From positions 1 through 9,208 of IMG/VR virus record IMGVR_UViG_2526164634_000013: DNA of 9,208 nt. One strand, given 5' to 3'. A program made the position numbers and the translations under genes. The stretch comes from a virus (taxonomy: Duplodnaviria; Heunggongvirae; Uroviricota; Caudoviricetes). A model generated the notes under the pieces. That model worked only from the letters and a program-made list of their open reading frames with translations. It did not search any database and was not told the DNA's origin. Below are positions 5,146 through 9,208 of the stretch, in pieces; the stretch's first letter is position 1; the number at the start of each line of letters is the position of its first letter.

Positions 5146-6195
5146 ATGCTTAATACTGTAAAAATATCCAGTTGTGAGTTAATCAACGCCGACTGCCTGG
5201 AATTTATCCGGTCGTTACCCGAAAATTCTGTTGACCTGATAGTCACGGACCCGCCGTACTTTAAAGTGAAGCCTGAGGGCTGGGATAACCAGTGGAAGGG
5301 CGACGATGATTACCTGAAATGGCTGGACCAGTGTCTGGCGCAGTTCTGGCGGGTGCTGAAACCTGCCGGAAGTCTTTACCTGTTCTGTGGTCATCGCCTG
5401 GCATCTGATATCGAAATCATGATGCGTGAACGCTTCAGTGTGCTGAACCATATTATCTGGGCGAAGCCGTCCGGACGCTGGAACGGGTGCAACAAGGAAA
5501 GCCTGCGGGCGTATTTCCCCGCCACAGAGCGCATTCTGTTCGCGGAACATTATCAGGGGCCGTATCGCCCGAAAGATGCCGGGTATGAGGCGAAGGGCAG
5601 GGCACTGAAACAGCATGTGATGGCCCCGCTGATTTCTTACTTTCGTGATGCGCGCGCTGCCCTGGGGATAACGGCAAAACAGATAGTGGATGCCACAGGA
5701 AAGAAAAACATGGTGTCACACTGGTTCAGTGCCAGTCAGTGGCAGCTACCGAACGAAAGCGATTATCTGAAATTACAGTCGCTGTTTGCCCGGGTGGCAG
5801 AAGAGAAACATCAGCGGGGAGAACTGGAAAAGTCCCATTACCAACTGGTCAGCACATACAGTGAGCTGAACCGGCAGTATACGGAACTGCAGAGTGAATA
5901 TAAGCATCTGCGGCGGTATTTTGGCGTGACGGCGCAGGTGCCGTACACGGATGTGTGGACGCATAAACCGGTGCAGTACTATCCAGGGAAACATCCGTGC
6001 GAAAAACCGGCAGAAATGCTGCAGCAGATAATCAGCGCAAGTAGTCGTCCTGGTGATCTGGTTGCGGATTTTTTCATGGGGTCGGGTTCAACGGTAAAAG
6101 CGGCGATGGCACTGGGGCGTCGTGCGATTGGCGTTGAACTGGAGACCGGACGTTTTGAGCAGACAGTCAGGGAAGTTCAGGATTTAATCGTTTGA
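5146..6195 (+). CDS. Orphan DNA methyltransferase, beta class (N6-adenine/N4-cytosine family, PF01555-like)
   Basis: 349-aa product with catalytic DPPY (residues 35-38) preceding the AdoMet-binding motif HPCEKP…GDLVADFFMGSGST (residues 283-316). That motif order defines the beta class, and DPPY rather than SPPY favours N6-adenine. No obvious SD before the ATG. No restriction endonuclease ORF in the window. Confidence 0.88.
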   Translation: MLNTVKISSCELINADCLEFIRSLPENSVDLIVTDPPYFKVKPEGWDNQWKGDDDYLKWLDQCLAQFWRVLKPAGSLYLFCGHRLASDIEIMMRERFSVLNHIIWAKPSGRWNGCNKESLRAYFPATERILFAEHYQGPYRPKDAGYEAKGRALKQHVMAPLISYFRDARAALGITAKQIVDATGKKNMVSHWFSASQWQLPNESDYLKLQSLFARVAEEKHQRGELEKSHYQLVSTYSELNRQYTELQSEYKHLRRYFGVTAQVPYTDVWTHKPVQYYPGKHPCEKPAEMLQQIISASSRPGDLVADFFMGSGSTVKAAMALGRRAIGVELETGRFEQTVREVQDLIV

Positions 6196-6244
6196 AACGG
6201 ATGAGATTGCAGAATTAATTACGCACCATTATTATTCTGCTCCC

Positions 6245-6320
6245 GGCCCTTTAGCTCAGTGGTGAGAGCGAGCGACTCATAATCGCCAGGTCGCTGGTTC
6301 AAATCCAGCAAGGGCCACCA
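6245..6320 (+). tRNA. ileZ: tRNA-Ile2 (anticodon CAU, lysidine type), ileZ-like
   Basis: Hand-folded cloverleaf: acceptor GGCCCTT/AAGGGCC, D-stem GCTC/GAGC, anticodon loop CTCATAA, T-loop TTCAAAT, encoded CCA. Closely resembles E. coli tRNA-Ile2 as recalled. Confidence 0.8.
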
Positions 6321-6327
6321 TCACATA

Positions 6328-6404
6328 CCGCCATTAGCTCATCAGGAAAGAGCGCCAGCCTTCGAAGCTGGCTGCGCGGAGTTCGGGTCCCCGAAGGCGG
6401 TCCA
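6328..6404 (+). tRNA. argN: tRNA-Arg (anticodon UCG as read from sequence), argN-like; atypical stems
   Basis: Perfect anticodon stem CCAGC/GCTGG with loop CTTCGAA, D-stem GCTC/GAGC, encoded CCA. However there is one A-A mismatch in the acceptor stem, one A-C mismatch in the T-stem, and the T-loop is TTCGGGT (G at position 58). Confidence 0.55.
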
Positions 6405-6417
6405 TTATCTGTATCCT

Positions 6418-6494
6418 GCGTTGTTAGCTCAGCCGGACAGAGCAATTGCCTTCTAAGTAATCGGTCACTGGTTCGAATCCAGTACAACGCGCCA
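6418..6494 (+). tRNA. argO: tRNA-Arg (anticodon UCU), argO-like
   Basis: Acceptor GCGTTGT/ACAACGC, D-stem GCTC/GAGC, anticodon stem ATTGC/GTAAT with loop CTTCTAA, T-arm ACTGG-TTCGAAT-CCAGT, encoded CCA. Confidence 0.82.
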
Positions 6495-6508
6495 CACTTA
6501 TTTTCCCT

Positions 6509-6533
6509 GGCTCGCTTTTGCGGGCCTTTTTTT
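6509..6533 (+). terminator. Intrinsic terminator immediately after the tRNA cluster
   Basis: Stem GGCTCGC / GCGGGCC (one U-G pair) with loop TTTT, followed by TTTTTTT. Confidence 0.7.
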
Positions 6534-6730
6534 AAATGTCTCACAATTCAGACGGTTGACAGTTGTCTGTTTTGCGGGGAGTTTGTTAAAAGAAACTGGC
6601 ATGGTGAATCCCCCTGTGCGGAGGGGCAATCAGCGAGTAGGTATATGGGATAATCGCGGATTCAGGTGCTGGTACTGAATTCACCGGGAGGCACCCGGCA
6701 CCATGCAATGGCACATAGCGCCACTCTCCA

Positions 6731-6755
6731 GCCCCTCTCCGGAGGGGCTTTCTTA
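6731..6755 (+). terminator. GC-rich hairpin with T-rich tail (terminator-like) in the tRNA-to-esterase interval
   Basis: Stem GCCCCTC / GAGGGGC with loop TCCG, followed by TTTCTTA. Shares the core CGGAGGGGC with a second hairpin at 6611-6626. Confidence 0.4.
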
Positions 6756-6760
6756 TGGAC

Positions 6761-6788
6761 AAAAAAATCCCGCGCTGGGAGACGCGGG
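6761..6788 (-). terminator. Minus-strand intrinsic terminator-like element (hairpin CCCGCG/CGCGGG followed on the minus strand by U7)
   Basis: On the + strand this reads AAAAAAAT, then CCCGCG, an 8-nt loop, then CGCGGG. On the minus strand that is hairpin plus T-run. It sits back-to-back with the + strand hairpin at 6731-6755. Confidence 0.35.
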
Positions 6789-6982
6789 CGGCAAGGAATA
6801 AACATCAAAACGTGAAGTAATATTTCAGCTGGCGAATAATATCCGACAGTAATCACTCTGCGCAATAGCGCGGCCTTTTTCGTATTGCGGACTGTTGTCT
6901 CTCTTCTGCCATTGTCCTGTAACTTCCGGACTTCAGCCCGCTCCTCATTTTACTCACAATATTATCCCGGCCGGGAGGATTC

Positions 6983-8836
6983 ATGGCATTTAAACACTAT
7001 GATGTTGTCAGGGCGGCGTCGCCGTCAGACCTTGCGGAAAAGCTGACACATAAACTGAAAGAGGGCTGGCAGCCGTTTGGTAGTCCGGTGGCCATAACCC
7101 CTTATACCCTGATGCAGGCGATTGCAGCAGAAGGTGATGTGGTCGTCAGTGGTGCAACTGAGCCGGAGTGGTACTACGTCATCGTACTGGCCGGGCAGTC
7201 CAATGCCATGGCTTACGGTGAAGGGCTTCCGCTTCCGGATTCATACGATGCGCCGGATCCGCGCATTAAACAGCTGGCGCGCCGCAGTACAGTGACGCCG
7301 GGTGGGGCTGCCTGCAGATATAACGATATTATTCCGGCCGACCACTGCCTGCATGATGTGCAGGATATGAGTACGCTGAATCATCCGAAGGCAGACCTGA
7401 GCAAAGGGCAGTACGGCTGTGTCGGCCAGGGCTTACATATTGCCAAAAAACTGCTTCCGTATATCCCGAATAACGCGGGGATCCTGCTGGTACCATGCTG
7501 TCGTGGTGGTTCGGCATTCACCCAGGGCGCGGAGGGGACATTCAGTGCGGACACGGGGGCCAGCCAGGATTCGGCACGCTGGGGTGTGGGTAAACCGTTA
7601 TATCAGGACCTGATTGCGCGCACTAAAGCTGCATTACAGAAGAACCCGAAAAATGTGTTGCTGGCGGTGTGCTGGATGCAGGGAGAGTTTGACATGAGCG
7701 CCGCCACCTACGCACAGCAACCTGCGCTGTTTACAGCCATGCTGAAGCAGTTTCGTGCTGACCTCACTGTGTTTAACGCGCAGTGTCATGGTGGCAGTGC
7801 TGCAGATGTGCCGTGGATTTGTGGTGACACGACGTATTACTGGAAAAATACATACGCTACCCAGTACGACACCGTGTACGGCGGGTATAAAAACAGGGAG
7901 AGTGAGGGCGTTTATTTTGTGCCCTTCATGACAGACGGTAACGGCGTCAATACCGCCACTAACGCACCGGCAGAAGATCCGGATATTCCGGCATCAGGAT
8001 ATTACGGTGCGGCATCGAGAACGAATGGAAACCAGGTATCATCAAACCGCCCGACACATTTCAGTTCATGGGCGCGCAGGAGCATTATTCCGGATCGTAT
8101 GGCAACCGCTATTCTGAACGCAGCCGGGCGCACCTCAGCCTTCATCAGTGGTAAGGCACCGGAAATCAAACCCTCGCCCGGCGTCGACACGCCATCGGGG
8201 CCGTCTGAAGATGCATCCGTACGCACAATCTCCCTGTTGCCGACAGCCGGAGAGGCTGCTGCGCAGGGCTGGACCATTAAGGACGGCGGAATTCAGTTGT
8301 CGGGTGGTGTATTTAAGATCGCCAAGCAGAGCAATAAAGCCTGGTCCCTGACGCGCCCGGTGGGTGACGCAGTCTCCCTGCTGACACGGGGTGGCAGACT
8401 GAGCTGTAAGTTTCGACTGTCAGGCGCACTGACCAACAACCAGTTCGGTCTGGGAATTTATCTGTATACCGATGTAGCGTTACCTGACGTCGTGGCGATG
8501 ACCGGGACTGGTAACCCGTTCCTGATGTCGTTCTTCACCCAGACCACAGACGGCAAACTGAATCTGATGCATCACAAGAAAGCAGGAAACACAAAGTTGG
8601 GCGAGTTCGGGAATTACAGTAACGACTGGCAGACGCTGGAGCTGGTGTTCACCGCCGGCCAGTGCCACGGTTACTCCGAAACTGAATGGAGTGGCTGGCC
8701 CGGCATTCCAGGTCATAAAGACAGTCTGACAGTGGGACTAAATGCACTGACGCTGACGGATATTACCAAAAATGCAACGTATGGCGTTGAGATAGAAAGT
8801 CTGGTGCTGGAGATAAATGCACCGGCATCATCATAA
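6983..8836 (+). CDS. nanS-p: Prophage sialate O-acetylesterase NanS-p-like (SGNH/SASA hydrolase with N-terminal DUF1737-like region)
   Basis: 617-aa product. The motif [16 protein letters not shown] carries the GQSN catalytic-serine signature of SASA-type esterases (NanS/YjhS family). The N-terminal [21 protein letters not shown]… resembles the short domain that heads prophage NanS-p proteins. GGGAGG SD at 6973-6978. Confidence 0.8.
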   Translation: MAFKHYDVVRAASPSDLAEKLTHKLKEGWQPFGSPVAITPYTLMQAIAAEGDVVVSGATEPEWYYVIVLAGQSNAMAYGEGLPLPDSYDAPDPRIKQLARRSTVTPGGAACRYNDIIPADHCLHDVQDMSTLNHPKADLSKGQYGCVGQGLHIAKKLLPYIPNNAGILLVPCCRGGSAFTQGAEGTFSADTGASQDSARWGVGKPLYQDLIARTKAALQKNPKNVLLAVCWMQGEFDMSAATYAQQPALFTAMLKQFRADLTVFNAQCHGGSAADVPWICGDTTYYWKNTYATQYDTVYGGYKNRESEGVYFVPFMTDGNGVNTATNAPAEDPDIPASGYYGAASRTNGNQVSSNRPTHFSSWARRSIIPDRMATAILNAAGRTSAFISGKAPEIKPSPGVDTPSGPSEDASVRTISLLPTAGEAAAQGWTIKDGGIQLSGGVFKIAKQSNKAWSLTRPVGDAVSLLTRGGRLSCKFRLSGALTNNQFGLGIYLYTDVALPDVVAMTGTGNPFLMSFFTQTTDGKLNLMHHKKAGNTKLGEFGNYSNDWQTLELVFTAGQCHGYSETEWSGWPGIPGHKDSLTVGLNALTLTDITKNATYGVEIESLVLEINAPASS

Positions 8837-8921
8837 AAAGTGAGCCAGTCAAGTGGAAGGTATCGTTAAACTCACCGGTAGTGTCAGTGGGTCGTCTGAG
8901 ACGCCTGCATGAGTTATCAGA

Positions 8922-8950
8922 GCCATCAGTACTTAACTGGTGGCTTTTTT
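8922..8950 (+). terminator. Intrinsic terminator between the esterase gene and the holin gene
   Basis: Stem GCCATCAG / CTGGTGGC (one G-U pair) with 7-nt loop TACTTAA, followed by TTTTTTATT. Confidence 0.6.
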
Positions 8951-8985
8951 ATTGTTGTCAGCTTCCGGATAACGGGAGACGGGGT

Positions 8986-9201
8986 ATGTACCAGATGGAA
9001 AAAATCACAACAGGTGTGTCATACACCACGTCAGCGGTGGGAACGGGCTACTGGTTCCTGCAGTTGCTGGACAGGGTTTCCCCGTCTCAGTGGGCGGCAA
9101 TAGGCGTGCTGGGGAGTCTGCTGTTTGGGCTGCTGACATATCTGACTAACCTGTATTTCAAAATCAGAGAGGACCGTCGTAAGGCGGCGCGGGGAGAGTA
9201 A
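8986..9201 (+). CDS. S: S21-like pinholin (class II holin) with dual-start motif
   Basis: 71-aa product [71 protein letters not shown]. From memory it is near-identical over the C-terminal two thirds to the phage 21 holin (…[15 protein letters not shown]…[22 protein letters not shown]). Two TM segments and Met1/Met4 dual starts. The track ORF from 8881 is an unsupported N-terminal extension. A new ATG at 9206 starts the next gene. Confidence 0.85.
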   Translation: MYQMEKITTGVSYTTSAVGTGYWFLQLLDRVSPSQWAAIGVLGSLLFGLLTYLTNLYFKIREDRRKAARGE

Positions 9202-9208
9202 AGCGATG

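Noticed and set aside
4971-5153. 60-aa ORF between the HTH gene and the methyltransferase
   Set aside because: It runs through the terminator and both hairpins, has no SD, and its product is low-complexity. The region is better explained as a structured leader.
6556-6561. Consensus TTGACA as a promoter for the esterase gene
   Set aside because: No acceptable -10 hexamer lies 16-19 bp downstream (GAGTTT is the best). It is kept only as an observation within the empty-interval finding.
6495-6982. Shiga toxin genes stxA/stxB
   Set aside because: No ORF of adequate length, and no signal-peptide-like start, exists between the tRNA cluster and the esterase gene. The toxin operon is absent from this window.
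2701-8351. Short + strand ORFs in alternative frames (2701-2916, 2941-3126, 7419-7613, 8148-8351)
   Set aside because: They are embedded out of frame in the DUF968 and esterase genes, with Arg/Cys-rich low-complexity products typical of off-frame translation of GC-rich coding sequence.
54-8716. All sixteen minus-strand ORFs in the track (54-260, 627-884, 1924-2136, 2333-2605, 2923-3183, 3069-3383, 3933-4124, 4157-4543, 5215-5616, 5453-5719, 5773-5994, 6299-6544, 6662-6865, 7329-7517, 8002-8277, 8480-8716)
   Set aside because: Each lies antisense within a well-supported + strand gene, across the tRNA cluster (6299-6544) or across hairpins (6662-6865). None has a recognisable motif or convincing SD. 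They are treated as shadow ORFs.
8881-8985. N-terminal extension of the holin ORF (track start at 8881)
   Set aside because: The extension overlaps the terminator at 8922-8950 and would add a non-holin-like leader. Known S21-type holins start at the MYQM/MKSM motif.
8909-9103. 64-aa ORF overlapping the holin gene in another frame
   Set aside because: It starts inside the terminator hairpin and overlaps the strongly supported holin reading frame.
1-9208. CRISPR array, IS element or transposase, integrase or attachment site
   Set aside because: No spaced direct repeats, no terminal inverted repeats flanking a transposase-like ORF, and no integrase-like ORF were seen. The tRNA genes are internal phage cargo with intact 3' ends, not integration targets.

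Overview
All supportable genes in this 9.2-kb window lie on the + strand, and the content is that of a lambdoid (Qin-like / Stx-phage-like) prophage spanning the end of the early-right operon and the start of the late operon. I did not find a clearly novel system; the most interesting signals are listed below. Family assignments come from motifs recognised by eye and from synteny, not from database searches. Gene order: 3' end of an unknown gene (2-172); a 409-aa protein with a DUF551-type C-terminus (183-1412); two micro-ORFs absent from the ORF track, encoding 27- and 34-aa hydrophobic peptides (1409-1492, 1528-1632); a complete hok/gef-family type I toxin unit (promoter about 1674-1702, hok 1879-2034, terminator 2104-2128); a small basic protein (2201-2479); a DUF968/YdfU-like protein (2481-3527); RusA (3540-3899); a putative Q antiterminator (3896-4585) followed by a strong terminator (4645-4675); a small HTH protein (4798-4995); an orphan beta-class DNA methyltransferase (5146-6195); three tRNA genes (Ile-CAU, Arg-UCG, Arg-UCU; 6245-6494); a 488-bp ORF-free interval; a NanS-p-like sialate O-acetylesterase (6983-8836); and an S21-like pinholin (8986-9201), with the next gene starting at 9206. 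No CRISPR, IS element, integrase or rRNA was seen. Signals most worth a second look: (1) the tRNA-to-esterase interval, which is where Stx-converting phages carry stxAB, is empty of ORFs here but rich in hairpins; (2) the hok unit shows a 14-bp complementarity between its predicted mRNA 5' end and 3' end; (3) two strongly SD-led hydrophobic micro-ORFs coupled to the DUF551 gene, followed by a perfect 22-bp palindrome; (4) a small HTH gene and structured leader preceding the orphan methyltransferase.
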